From assembly GCA_016933175.1 (NCBI GenBank), contig JAFGBK010000081.1, positions 3,640 to 67,639 on the forward strand: a stretch of 64,000 nt of DNA, in the 5' to 3' direction. This stretch comes from Candidatus Krumholzibacteriota bacterium (GTDB lineage Bacteria; Krumholzibacteriota; Krumholzibacteriia; JACNKJ01). The position numbers and the translations under genes were made by a program. The first letter of the stretch is position 1. The number at the start of each line of letters is the position of its first letter. A model generated the notes under the pieces. That model had not been told where the DNA came from. It was given only the letters and a program-made list of their open reading frames with translations, and searched no databases. Positions 50,843 to 63,115 of the stretch are shown piece after piece.

Positions 50843-51184
50843 TCAGATGGTGCACCACTCCTCGTCGACAACCTGCCACGCCGAGAAGCGCTGCAGCTGC
50901 CAGTGGATCCGCCGCCCGAGCGACGGGACGTCCAGGACCGGCACGATGAACTCCGCGCTGGCGATCTCCCCCTGCACGCCGACGTCGATGGCCACGTCGC
51001 AGATGCGCAGATCCTGCCCGCCGAGGAGGGCGACGGCCGCGATCGGCCTGGACTCCGGCCAGCAGGGCCCGGACCCGCCGGCGACTTCTCCTCGCCGCGA
51101 CCGCCGATCAGGAGGGTCAGCAGCAGCGGCTCCAGCGCGCGCGGCTCTCGGGCCAAGGCCCGCCCATCCTGTCCTCGCCATCAC
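50843..51184 (-). other. Ambiguous short coding stretch between ridA and selC. Either a small gene with a frame disruption or a small ORF whose start is unclear.
   Basis: The 3' half (about 50990-50843) has near-100% third-position GC in the frame of the listed 113-aa ORF (...DLRICDVAIDVGVQGEIASAEFIVPVLDVPSLGRRIHWQLQRFSAWQVVDEEWCTI). The 5' half scores better in the +1 frame (TTG at 51156: MAREPRALEPLLLTLLIGGRGEEKSPAG...). A frame switch would sit near GGGCCC at about 51075. Confidence 0.25.
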
Positions 51185-51193
51185 GGCGGAGTG

Positions 51194-51580
51194 TCAATCC
51201 TCCAGAGCGGCCACGAGCTCGATCTCGACCCGCGCCCCCAGCGGCAGGGCAGCCACCTGCACGGTGGAACGGGCGGGGAGCGAGCCGGCGAAGACCTCGC
51301 CGTAGACCTCGTTGAACGCGGCGAAGTCGCTTAGGTCCTGCAGGAAGACCGTGGTCTTGACCACGTCCTCGAAGCCGGCTCCCGCCGCGGCCAGCACGGC
51401 CCGCAGGTTCTCCAGCACCCGCCGCGTCTGCTCGGCGATGCCGCCGGGCACCAGCTTCATGGTCGCCGGATCCAGGGGCACCTGGCCCGCCGTGTAGAGC
51501 AGGCCGCCGATCCTGACCGCCTGGCTGTAGGGCCCGATGGCTTCCGGCGCCGCCGGGCTCTCGATGATCTCGTGCTTCAT
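51194..51580 (-). CDS. ridA: RidA-family reactive intermediate deaminase (YjgF/TdcF)
   Basis: 128 aa. AIGPYSQA...PARSTVQVAALPLGARVEIE C-terminal signature. Confidence 0.85.
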   Translation of the reverse strand: MKHEIIESPAAPEAIGPYSQAVRIGGLLYTAGQVPLDPATMKLVPGGIAEQTRRVLENLRAVLAAAGAGFEDVVKTTVFLQDLSDFAAFNEVYGEVFAGSLPARSTVQVAALPLGARVEIELVAALED

Positions 51581-51616
51581 CCTCGTCTCGCTCTTCCGTT
51601 TGGCTGGGCCGCGGTC

Positions 51617-53443
51617 CTATTCCACCGTGACGCTCTTGGCGAGGTTACGCGGCTGGTCCACGTTGCAGCCGCGGATGATGGCGATGTGGTAGGCCAGGAG
51701 CTGCAGGGGGATCACGGTCAGCAGAGGCGACAGGTACTCCACCGTCTCGGGGATGGGAATGACGTGGTCCGCGAGATCCGTGGCGGCCTTGTCGCCCTCG
51801 TTGACCACGGCGATGATGCGGCCGCCGCGCGCCTTGACCTCTTCCATGTTGCCCAGGATCTTCTGGTTGCTGCCGCCCCGCGGACTGACGAAGACCACGG
51901 GCATCTTCTCGTCGATGAGGGCGATGGGGCCGTGTTTCATCTCGGCGGCCGGGTAGCCCTCGGCGTGCACGTAGCTGATCTCCTTCAGCTTCAAGGCCCC
52001 TTCCAGGGCCACCGGGTAGTTGATGCCTCGGCCCAGGTAGAGGAAGTTGTTCGATTCCGCGTAGAAGGCGGCGATCTTCCGGATGCACTCGTCCATGGCG
52101 AGGATGCGCTCCACCTTCTCGGGAATCGCCTGCAGCTCGTTCACCAGCTCCTGCCCCTGGTCCTTGGACATGTTGCGCATGCGTCCCAGCAGCAGCGTGA
52201 TGATGGCCAGGACGGTCACCTGGCTCGTGAAGGCCTTGGTGCTGGCGACGCCGATCTCCGGCCCGGCGTGGATGTAGACGCCGCCGTCGCTCTCGCGCGC
52301 GATGGTGCTGCCCACCACGTTGCAGATGCCCAGGGCCAGGGCGCCCTTGGTCTTCGCCTCGCGCAGCGCGGCCAGCGTGTCCAGGGTCTCCCCCGACTGG
52401 CTGATGGCCCAGGCGATGGTCTCGTCGGAGATGATGGGGTTCCGGTAGCGGAACTCGGAGGCGTACTCCACCTCCACGGGGATGCGGGCCAGCCGCTCGA
52501 TCATGTACTCGCCGATCATGGCGGCGTGCCAGCTCGTGCCGCAGGCCAGGAAGATGATGCGGTCCAGATGGCGCAGCTCCTCCATGTTGTGGATGAGGCC
52601 GCCCAGCTTGGCCTTGCCCTCGTCGGGCAGGAGCCGGCCGCGGAAGGAGTCGCGGATGGTGGCCGGCTGCTCGAAGATCTCCTTGAGCATGAAGTGCGAG
52701 AAGCCGCCCTTCTCGATGCTTTCCAGGTCCCAGGTCACCTCGTGGACGCTCTTGGTCACCTTCTCGTCGGTCACCGTCTTGGTGTGCATGGTGCCGTCCT
52801 TGAGGTGGACCATCTCGTGGTCGTCCAGATAGATGACCTGGCGCGTGTGGGCCAGTACGGCGGCCACGTCGCTGGCCAGGAAGTACTCGTCCTCGCCGAT
52901 GCCCACCAGCATCGGGCTGCCGTTGCGGGCGCCGACGATCTCGCGCGGGTGCTTCCGGTGGACGACGGCGATGCCGTAGGTCCCCTCGACGATGGACAGG
53001 GCCCGGCGCACGGCCAGCTCGAGATCGCCATCGTAGTAGTGCGAGATGAGCATGGCCAGGACCTCGGTGTCCGTGTCCGTGCGGAAGGCGACACCCTGCT
53101 CGCTGAGGTAGCGCCGGAGGAACTGGTAGTTCTCGATGATGCCGTTGTGGACGACGGCCAGGTCCCCGGTGGTGTCCAGGTGGGGATGGGCGTTGACCTG
53201 GGTGGGCGCGCCGTGGGTGGCCCAGCGCGTGTGGGCGACGCCCGCGGTCGCCGAGAAGCTCCTCCCGTTGAGGATGCGCTCGAGGACGAAGATCTTGCCC
53301 TTCTCCTTGATCACCTCGAGGCCGCTCGGCTCCAGCAGGGCCACGCCGGCTGAGTCGTAACCACGGTACTCCAGGCGCTTGAGGCCCTCGATGAGGATGG
53401 GCAAGGCCGGGCGTTGGCCCAGGTAGCCGATGATTCCACACAT
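51617..53443 (-). CDS. glmS: Glutamine--fructose-6-phosphate aminotransferase
   Basis: Start MCGIIGY (N-terminal Cys nucleophile) inside the track ORF. Two SIS domains. 608 aa. Confidence 0.95.
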   Translation of the reverse strand: MCGIIGYLGQRPALPILIEGLKRLEYRGYDSAGVALLEPSGLEVIKEKGKIFVLERILNGRSFSATAGVAHTRWATHGAPTQVNAHPHLDTTGDLAVVHNGIIENYQFLRRYLSEQGVAFRTDTDTEVLAMLISHYYDGDLELAVRRALSIVEGTYGIAVVHRKHPREIVGARNGSPMLVGIGEDEYFLASDVAAVLAHTRQVIYLDDHEMVHLKDGTMHTKTVTDEKVTKSVHEVTWDLESIEKGGFSHFMLKEIFEQPATIRDSFRGRLLPDEGKAKLGGLIHNMEELRHLDRIIFLACGTSWHAAMIGEYMIERLARIPVEVEYASEFRYRNPIISDETIAWAISQSGETLDTLAALREAKTKGALALGICNVVGSTIARESDGGVYIHAGPEIGVASTKAFTSQVTVLAIITLLLGRMRNMSKDQGQELVNELQAIPEKVERILAMDECIRKIAAFYAESNNFLYLGRGINYPVALEGALKLKEISYVHAEGYPAAEMKHGPIALIDEKMPVVFVSPRGGSNQKILGNMEEVKARGGRIIAVVNEGDKAATDLADHVIPIPETVEYLSPLLTVIPLQLLAYHIAIIRGCNVDQPRNLAKSVTVE

Positions 53444-53507
53444 GTTGATCCCCTTGGCTGGAACGCAGGACGCCGGCACACGATTATCGGCCCCCGCCGG
53501 GAGCCCA

Positions 53508-54869
53508 TCAACCCAAATGTGCCGCGAAGAACCGCTCGGCCTCGTCGAGGACGCGGGCAAGCCAGGCCGCGTCCGCCGACTCGCCGATGATACGCACGAT
53601 GGCCTCGGTGTTGGAAGGCCGCACGTGGATCCAACCCTCGGGCAGAACGGCCTTGACGCCATCTCGCTCGTCCAGGTCGCCGGTGAAGTACTCGCGGGCC
53701 AGGACCCGCAGGCGTTCGGGATCGGCGCGCCCGGCCAGATCCAGGCGGCGCTTCTCCATGACGTAGGAGGGCAGGGCGGCCGCCAGCTCCGAGAGCCGCG
53801 CGTCCCGCTCGGCCATGGCGGTGAGGATCAGGGCGATGCCCACCAGCCCGTCGCGCCCCGCGTGCAGGGCGGGCAGGATGACGCCGCCGTTGCCCTCGCC
53901 GCCGACGACAGCGCCGTGCTCGCGCATGGCCGCCACCACATGGGCCTCGCCCACGGGCGATCGATAGCAGGGCTGCCCGTGGCGCGCGGCCACGTCCTCG
54001 GCGAGGCGGCTGGTGCTCAGGTTGACGGCCACGGGCCCCGGCGTGCGCGCCAGGACGTGGTCGGCGGCCAGAGCCACCGTGTACTCCTCCGACAGGACCG
54101 TCCCCGTCTCGTCCACGAGCACGAGGCGGTCGGCGTCGGGGTCCAGGGCCACGCCCAGGTCCGCTCCCTTGGCCCGCACGGCGTCGGCCAGGCCGCGCAG
54201 GTTCTCGGGCCGTGGCTCGGGGGCGTGGGGGAAGCGGCCGTCGCCGTCGCAGTGGAGGGCCAGCGGCCGCGCGCCGAGGCGCTCGAGCAGGAGGGGCGCG
54301 ACGCGGCTGCCGGCGGCGTTGACCGCGTCCACCACCACGCTCGGCGCCCGCGCGGCGATGGCCGCGGCGTCCACCCAGGGCAGGGCGAGGATGGCGGCCA
54401 CGTGGTGCTCGTCGGCGCCGTCCCAGGTCCGGGCGGCGCCCAGGCTCTCGTGGCCCTCCCAGACGAAGGCTCCGCGGCGCTCGATGGCGAGGACCTCCTC
54501 GCCCAGCTCCTTGGTCAGGAAGTTCCCCTCGCCGTCGAGGAACTTGAGGGCGTTCCAGGGCGCGGGATTGTGGCTGGCCGTGATCACCACGCCGCCGACG
54601 GCCCCCTGGGCGGCCACCGCCATGGCCGTGCCCGGCGTGCTGCACAGGCCCAGATCCACGACGGCGAGGCCCGCGGCCCGCAGCGTCCCCGCCACCAGAT
54701 CGCGGACCATGGTCCCGCTGGGGCGCCCGTCCCGGCCCAGGACCACGGCGTCCCCGGCGCCGGCGCCCCGCGCGCGGCACCAGGCCGCGTAGGCGGCGCT
54801 GAAGCGCAGGATCACCTCCGGCGTCAGGGACTCTCCCACGACACCCCGGATCCCGGACACACTGACCAT
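53508..54869 (-). CDS. glmM: Phosphoglucosamine mutase
   Basis: Start at internal MVSVSGIRG. Active-site TASHNP. 453 aa. Confidence 0.9.
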   Translation of the reverse strand: MVSVSGIRGVVGESLTPEVILRFSAAYAAWCRARGAGAGDAVVLGRDGRPSGTMVRDLVAGTLRAAGLAVVDLGLCSTPGTAMAVAAQGAVGGVVITASHNPAPWNALKFLDGEGNFLTKELGEEVLAIERRGAFVWEGHESLGAARTWDGADEHHVAAILALPWVDAAAIAARAPSVVVDAVNAAGSRVAPLLLERLGARPLALHCDGDGRFPHAPEPRPENLRGLADAVRAKGADLGVALDPDADRLVLVDETGTVLSEEYTVALAADHVLARTPGPVAVNLSTSRLAEDVAARHGQPCYRSPVGEAHVVAAMREHGAVVGGEGNGGVILPALHAGRDGLVGIALILTAMAERDARLSELAAALPSYVMEKRRLDLAGRADPERLRVLAREYFTGDLDERDGVKAVLPEGWIHVRPSNTEAIVRIIGESADAAWLARVLDEAERFFAAHLG

Positions 54870-54967
54870 GAGCGGCACGGCGGCCTCCTCGTCGCGACGG
54901 GCCCAAACGAACGGCCGTCCCTCGCGGGACGGCCGCCGGAGCAATTCCCCCACCGGGAGGTTCTGGG

Positions 54968-55040
54968 AGCTGGTGCACGGATTTGAACCGTGGACCTACG
55001 CATTACGAGTGCGTTGCTCTACCAGCTGAGCTACACCAGC
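54968..55040 (-). tRNA. tRNA-Thr (anticodon CGU)
   Basis: GCTGGTGTAGCTCAGCTGGTAGAGCAACGCACTCGTAATGCGTAGGTCCACGGTTCAAATCCGTGCACCAGCT. Canonical cloverleaf. CCA not encoded. Confidence 0.85.
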
Positions 55041-55203
55041 TTCCGCGGGCCAGTGCCCGGGCGGCCATAGTGTGTGCATCGGGCCGGGTCGCGTCAAGGG
55101 CAAGAAACCCGCCGCGGACAGTCAGTTATGATATCCCGTAGTGCCTCCCGCTTCCTCATCCGCGCCGCGAATCCCATCCCAGTTTTGCGACAATTGCGCC
55201 TAC

Positions 55204-55233
55204 TTGCAAGCACTTACGGCGATTTGGTATACT
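55204..55233 (+). promoter_or_regulatory. Near-consensus sigma-70 promoter for the 55308 gene
   Basis: TTGCAA (55204-55209), 18-nt spacer, TATACT (55228-55233). It sits in a relatively AT-rich 170-nt island. A 65-nt leader ends in AGGAG-N7-ATG. Confidence 0.45.
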
Positions 55234-55307
55234 CGCGCTACTCGGGCGGGGTGCTGAGCCTCGTCAGGGCCTTTACACCACGTGGTGACAACAACAGGAG
55301 AATCAGC

Positions 55308-55949
55308 ATGAAGAAGGCTATCATCCTCTTTGCCCTCGTCGCTCTGGCGGCCATGCCCGCCCTGGCTCGCGAGATGGTCAGCACCGACGCCGTCAGCGGC
55401 ACCGATCTGACCCTCGGCCGAGCCGATGTCGAGCTGATGTACGACGACGGCACCTTCGAGGGCTACGGCACCTCGCCGGACTGGACCGACATCACCCTGG
55501 GCGTCTTCGAGGCTCCCACGGGCGGTCCCTGGACCCTCACCACCGTCCGTTTCTTCATGTTCGGCATGGCCGATCATGAGGTCATGATGGACGACACGGC
55601 CGACCTGCTCACTCCGCCGGCAGCTCCCTACGGCACGGGCATCTTCTTCAATCCCGGCACCGCCGATTTCGCCTCGGCCGTCTGGGTTGACGTGGACGTG
55701 AGCAGCCTGGGCATCGTTTACAACGCGGGCGACATCATCGCCATCGGCACCGCCTTCGACGGCGCCGACGGCATCGGCCTGGACGACAGCTGCGCCATGT
55801 CCGGCACCTGCGGCGTGTACTGGGCGCAGTGGAGCGGCATGTGGGGCCTGGACAGCGACTACGGCTACAACGACGGCCTGCGCATCGTGCTGACGGGCCC
55901 GACTCCCACCGAGGAAGTCACCCTCAGCGCGGTCAAGTCGCTCTACTAG
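55308..55949 (+). CDS. Small secreted protein (213 aa), function unknown
   Basis: SD AGGAG 7 nt upstream of the ATG. Signal peptide MKKAIILFALVALAAMPALA. Gly/Asp/Thr-rich mature part. The track ORF starts 78 codons upstream in promoter DNA. Confidence 0.6.
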   Translation: MKKAIILFALVALAAMPALAREMVSTDAVSGTDLTLGRADVELMYDDGTFEGYGTSPDWTDITLGVFEAPTGGPWTLTTVRFFMFGMADHEVMMDDTADLLTPPAAPYGTGIFFNPGTADFASAVWVDVDVSSLGIVYNAGDIIAIGTAFDGADGIGLDDSCAMSGTCGVYWAQWSGMWGLDSDYGYNDGLRIVLTGPTPTEEVTLSAVKSLY

Positions 55950-56133
55950 GCGACCGCCGCCGCCACATCGGTTCTCTTCTCGACGGGGGCCCTGCGGGGC
56001 CCCCGTTTCTTCGTCAGGATCCCGCCTGCGCGAGCCCCAAACTGCTTGATGAATCGCCGGCCAGCCGTCAGGATGCCCCCGTGAGCCACGCGGGCCACCG
56101 GCCCGACATCGTACCCTAGCAGGAAGGCTGCGT

Positions 56134-57498
56134 ATGCTGGCATCAACCGACGGCGCGTGGGGCCCTCGGCCCATGGCGGCGGCGCTGCTGGTCGCCTTGG
56201 CCCTCCTGGGCCTCGGCGCGGCGGCGGCCGGTGCCATCTGCCTGGACGCCCGGCGCATGGCCATGGGCGGGGCATCGCCGCCACGGCCCGACAACCTCTG
56301 CGCCGACAATCCCGCCTACACCGTGGTCCCCGACCGGGGCGGCGAGGGGGGCTGGGTGCTGCCCATCCCCCTGGGCCTCCTGGACCTGGCCGGCAACACG
56401 TCGAAGCTCGACCCCGACGACGACGACTTCGACCCCCTCTACATCGCCAACCTCCTCGCCAATCCGCCCCTCCACCTGGAGCTGAAGGATCCCGATCCCC
56501 TGGACGGAGACCTCACCCTGGACCTGGGCCAGGACCACCTGCGGCTCTACTGGGAGGACGCGGACCTGCTCATCCCCGAGGAGCCCCTTGACTTCGGCTC
56601 CCGCTGGGAGCGCCTGGGCATCAGCGTGGGCGGCCGCTTCAGAGACCGCCTCGCCTGGCGGGTGCAGGCGACGCCCTACCTGGACGGCCGCGTCGAGACC
56701 ACCTTCGACGACGCGCTCTACGGCGTCCTCGCCGAGGGGGACTCCCTCAAGCCCAACTCGCGCTACGGCCTCGACGGCGAGGGGCGCGCCGCGGTGGCCA
56801 TCTCCTGGAAGTTCCTGCTGGCCGGGCAGCTCCCCTCGGCGCGCGAGACCGAGGTCTACGTGGCCGCGGCGCCGAAGCTGCTGACGGCCTTCGGCATGGC
56901 CGACGCGCAGGTGGAACTGGTGGCCGTCACGGGCGACACCCTGTTCTCCTCCGACTCCCTGGACGTGGAGCCCGAGGTCCTGACCCGCTACACCGACGGC
57001 GTCGCCATGGGCTACGGCTTCGGCCTGGACCTCGGCGTCGCCGTCCGGCATGGGCCCTGGGACCTGGGCGTCGGCGTGCGCGACATCGGCGCCAGCATCC
57101 ATTTCTCGGAGACGAAGCTGGAGCGCCAGTACCTCGAGGAGGACGGCGACGACGGCGACATGGTCACCGAGGTCCTCGAGGAGGGCGCCGAGCACGACTA
57201 CGAGCTCGACGCCATCTGGACGCTCAACGCGGCCTACTCGTCCGAAGACTGGTTCGTGGCCGGCGACCTGCGCTTCCGCCCCTGGGGCAACGAGCTGCAC
57301 CTGGGCGGCGAGTACCGGCTGGGACCCTGGGCCCTGCGCGCCGGCACCTATCGCGACCGGCGCGACGAATGGCAGTTCAGCGGCGGCGGCGGCTACAGCT
57401 TCCGTCGCCTATCCGTGGACCTGGCCCTGGAGACGCACAAGCGTTACTTCCAGGACGAGCGCGGGCTGGCCCTGGGCCTGAGCCTGCGCCTCCGCTAG
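56134..57498 (+). CDS. Secreted outer-membrane-type protein with a weak FadL/OmpP1-like N-terminal motif. Function unknown.
   Basis: Signal peptide MAAALLVALALLGLGAAAAGA (probable start at 56173). ARRMAMGGAS...NPAY resembles the FadL-family N-terminal consensus seen in the 24014 gene. About 440 aa, beta-rich. It ends LSLRLR, which is not a typical barrel terminus. Confidence 0.5.
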   Translation: MLASTDGAWGPRPMAAALLVALALLGLGAAAAGAICLDARRMAMGGASPPRPDNLCADNPAYTVVPDRGGEGGWVLPIPLGLLDLAGNTSKLDPDDDDFDPLYIANLLANPPLHLELKDPDPLDGDLTLDLGQDHLRLYWEDADLLIPEEPLDFGSRWERLGISVGGRFRDRLAWRVQATPYLDGRVETTFDDALYGVLAEGDSLKPNSRYGLDGEGRAAVAISWKFLLAGQLPSARETEVYVAAAPKLLTAFGMADAQVELVAVTGDTLFSSDSLDVEPEVLTRYTDGVAMGYGFGLDLGVAVRHGPWDLGVGVRDIGASIHFSETKLERQYLEEDGDDGDMVTEVLEEGAEHDYELDAIWTLNAAYSSEDWFVAGDLRFRPWGNELHLGGEYRLGPWALRAGTYRDRRDEWQFSGGGGYSFRRLSVDLALETHKRYFQDERGLALGLSLRLR

Positions 57499-57509
57499 GA
57501 GGTGGAGCG

Positions 57510-58097
57510 ATGAACGCACGACGACTTCTCCGCCTCGCCATCCCGGCCGCGATCCTGCTGGCGGCCGCCTGCGGGGGCAACCGCATCATCATCAACCTGG
57601 ACATGGACAGCTTCATGCCGCTGGAGGACCGCAGCTTCGCCTACGAGCTGCCCGGCATCGCGCCCGGCGAGTTCTTCGAGGACCAGAGCCCCATCGACGC
57701 CCTCCAGACCCCCGAGGGCCTCAACGAGGCCCTGGACTTCGAGTCCATGACGGCGGCCCTCAGCCTGGCCCTGGACGACGAGACGGTCATGGGCAGCGAC
57801 GTGACCATGGACATCCGCATCCGCGTCTACCTGGCCGCGGACGACGATCCCGGCGCCTTCTGGCAGCCGGCCAACCTCCTTGTCGAGCTGGCGGGCGTGC
57901 ACACGAGCGGGACCACGTCGCTCCTCGAGGACGTCGTCGACGTGGGCGACTTCCTGGCGCTCATGCAGGACAACGAGGAGATCTTCATGGGCGTCTGGCT
58001 GCGCGTGGAGCAGCAGTCCGGCGTGGGCCTGGTCCAGGGCGACGCCGTCGTCACGCGCCTGCACCTCCACTTGGAAGCACGGGAGGACGTGTTCTAG
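57510..58097 (+). CDS. Lipoprotein (195 aa), function unknown
   Basis: SD AGGAGGTG 5 nt upstream of the ATG. MNARRLLRLAIPAAILLAAACGG lipobox. It starts 12 nt after the upstream stop. Confidence 0.6.
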   Translation: MNARRLLRLAIPAAILLAAACGGNRIIINLDMDSFMPLEDRSFAYELPGIAPGEFFEDQSPIDALQTPEGLNEALDFESMTAALSLALDDETVMGSDVTMDIRIRVYLAADDDPGAFWQPANLLVELAGVHTSGTTSLLEDVVDVGDFLALMQDNEEIFMGVWLRVEQQSGVGLVQGDAVVTRLHLHLEAREDVF

Positions 58098-58153
58098 GCC
58101 GCGCGGCGCCGCCGGGTGTCCGGGCGCGCGGACGCGCGGGCCGGGAAACAGAA

Positions 58154-58183
58154 GCGGGCCGGCCCAGGGGCCGGCCCGCTTTT
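58154..58183. terminator. GC-rich hairpin terminator, probably bidirectional
   Basis: GCGGGCCGGCC-cagg-GGCCGGCCCGC followed by TTTT on the plus strand, ending the 56134-58097 operon. On the minus strand it lies immediately 3' of tRNA-Phe and is followed by TTCTGTTTCC. Confidence 0.6.
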
Positions 58184-58187
58184 CCGG

Positions 58188-58260
<73 letters not shown>

Positions 58261-58362
58261 CCGCCGGAAACACAAGCACAGGATTCCGCCATTGTCAAGA
58301 CCGGCGCGGACCGGAGGCCTCCCGCCCCGCGGGATGGCCGCGCCGGCGGCGGGCGGCGGTCA

Positions 58363-59321
58363 TCACCCGCCATGCAGGCGCCGCGCCCACTCCCAGGCCG
58401 AGGCCACGATAGCGTCCAGGTCCGGCCGGGCCGCCCGCCAGCCCAGCACCGCCTCGGCGCGATCCACCGCCGCCACCAGCCGCGCCGGATCCCCCTCGCG
58501 CCGCGGGCCGCGCGCGACGGGCAGGGACCGCCCCGTCACACGCTCCACGGCGGCCAGCACCTCCCGCACCGAGTGCCCCCGGCCCGTGCCCAGGTTGAGC
58601 ACGCCCCCCTCGCCGCGCTCCAGGGCCGCCAGGGCGGCCAGGTGGGCCTCGGCCAGGTCGGCCACGTGGACGTAGTCTCGGATGCAGGTGCCGTCGGGCG
58701 TGTCGTAGTCCTCCCCGAAGAGGGTCAGCGTGCGCCGGCCCAGGGCCGCCTCCAGCGCCAGGGGCACCAGGTGGGTCTCGGGATCGTGCCGCTCGCCGTG
58801 GTCGGGCAGGGCGCCGGCGGCGTTGAAGTAGCGCAGGCTGAAGGCGCGCAGGCCCAGGGCGGGCGCCACGTGCGCGAGGGTCTGCTCCATGGCCAGCTTG
58901 GTGCCCCCGTAGGGATTCACGGGCCGGGTCGGATCCTCCTCGCGGAAGGGGCGGCCGCCGCCGTCCCCGTAGACCGCCGCCGAGGACGAGAACACCAGGC
59001 GCGCGGGACCGTGCTCCCGGACGCCGTCGAGCAGGACCAGGAAGCCGCCCAGGTTCTCCCGGTAGTAGGTGACGGGATCGGCGATGGAGTCGGGCACGAT
59101 GCTCAGGGCGGCGAAGTGGACGACGGCCCCGCAGCGCGCCAGCAGCGGGTCCAGGACCGCGCGCTCGCGCAGGTCGGCCCGCACCAGCTCCACGCCGGTG
59201 GGCACGGCGTCCTCATGCCCCGTGGAGAGGTTGTCCAGGACGACGGGCTCGTGGCCAGCCGCCAGGGCGGCGCGGACGAAGGCGCCGCCGATGTAGCCGG
59301 CCCCGCCGGTGACGAGGATCT

Positions 59322-59325
<4 letters not shown>
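58363..59325 (-). CDS. galE: UDP-glucose 4-epimerase
   Basis: MKILVTGGAGYIGG Rossmann motif. YGGTK catalytic motif. 320 aa. It occupies only the C-terminal part of a chimeric 1296-aa track ORF. Confidence 0.9.
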
Positions 59326-62099
<2,774 letters not shown>

Positions 62100-62209
62100 G
62101 CAGGCTTCTTTCCTTCGCGGCTGATCCGACAGCATAGCGCGGGCGCGACGACGGCGTCAACGGGAGCCGCGCGTTGCCCCGGCGCGCGGCGCGTGCTACG
62201 CTGCCGGCC

Positions 62210-63111
62210 ATGCCGATCTTTCCCGAAGCGGAGCTGCGGCGCCTCTGGACCACCCTCGAGACTTTGCTGGGTCCCGGGGGCTGCCCCTGGGACCGCGAGC
62301 AGCGCAGCGAGGACCTGGCCCGCCATCTGATCGAGGAGGGGCACGAGTGGCTGGCGGCCTGCCGGGCCGACGACCCGGCGGATCAGCGCGAGGAGCTAGG
62401 CGACGTCGCCTTCCTCGTCCTGTTCGGCCTGCAGCGCCTGGCCGAGGCGGGCGGCGCGCCGGGCGCGCCCCTGGCGGCCGCCGATGCCAAGCTGCGCCGC
62501 CGCCACCCCCAGGTCTTTCCCGCCGACGCCGCCGGTCCCGACGACCCGGCCGCCGCGCGGGACAGCGCGGCCCAGACACGCCTGTGGGAGGCCATCAAGC
62601 GCACGGAGCGCCTCGCGGACGGCGAGGGCGGCGGCTGGCTGGGGCGCCTGCCGGCCAGCCTGGGCGCCCTGGCCAAGAGCCACCGCTACCAGGAACGGGC
62701 CGCGGACGTGGGCTTCGACTGGCCCGACCTGGCGGGCGTGACGGCCAAGTTGCGCGAGGAGCTGGCCGAGCTGAGCCTGGAGCTGGACCGCCTGCCGAGC
62801 CGCCCCCCGCCGGCGTCCGCCACGGGCGCCGGGCCCTCGCGGCGCTACCGCGCGGCGCTGGCCGGGCGCGACCTGGCCGGCCTAGCCGACGAGCTGGGGG
62901 ACCTCTTCTTCGTCGCCGCCAATCTCTGCCGCTGGCTGGGCCTGGACGCCGAGGAGGTGGCCGAGGCCGCCAACGATAAGTTCCGGCGCCGCTTCGGCGC
63001 CATGGAGGCGGGCCTGGCGGCTGCCGGCCGCAGTCTGGAAGAGGCGGATCTGGAGGAGATGGAGGGCCACTGGCGGTCCGTCAAGCGCCGCGAGCGCGGC
63101 GGGGAGGATGC

Positions 63112-63115
<4 letters not shown>
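62210..63115 (+). CDS. mazG: MazG-family nucleoside triphosphate pyrophosphohydrolase
   Basis: MPIFPEAELRRLWTTLETLLGPGGCPWDREQ and EELGDVAFLVLF/EELGDLFFVAANL EExxD motifs in both halves. Confidence 0.8.

Noticed and set aside
51060-51100. GGGCCCT as a programmed -1 frameshift site joining the two coding-like frames next to selC
   Set aside because: GGGCCCU is a poor slippery heptamer (efficient sites have A/U in the YYY position) and I see no obvious downstream pseudoknot. A sequencing indel, a pseudogene or a mis-called start is more likely. I kept it only as a flagged ambiguity.
51194-51196. ridA TGA as a Sec codon producing a RidA fusion
   Set aside because: RidA is complete at this stop (128 aa, canonical C-terminus). 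A 117-codon open frame after a stop is not improbable at 70% GC (about 10% by a rough estimate). The first 35 codons after the TGA have poor third-position GC in that frame. Unsupported without a SECIS.
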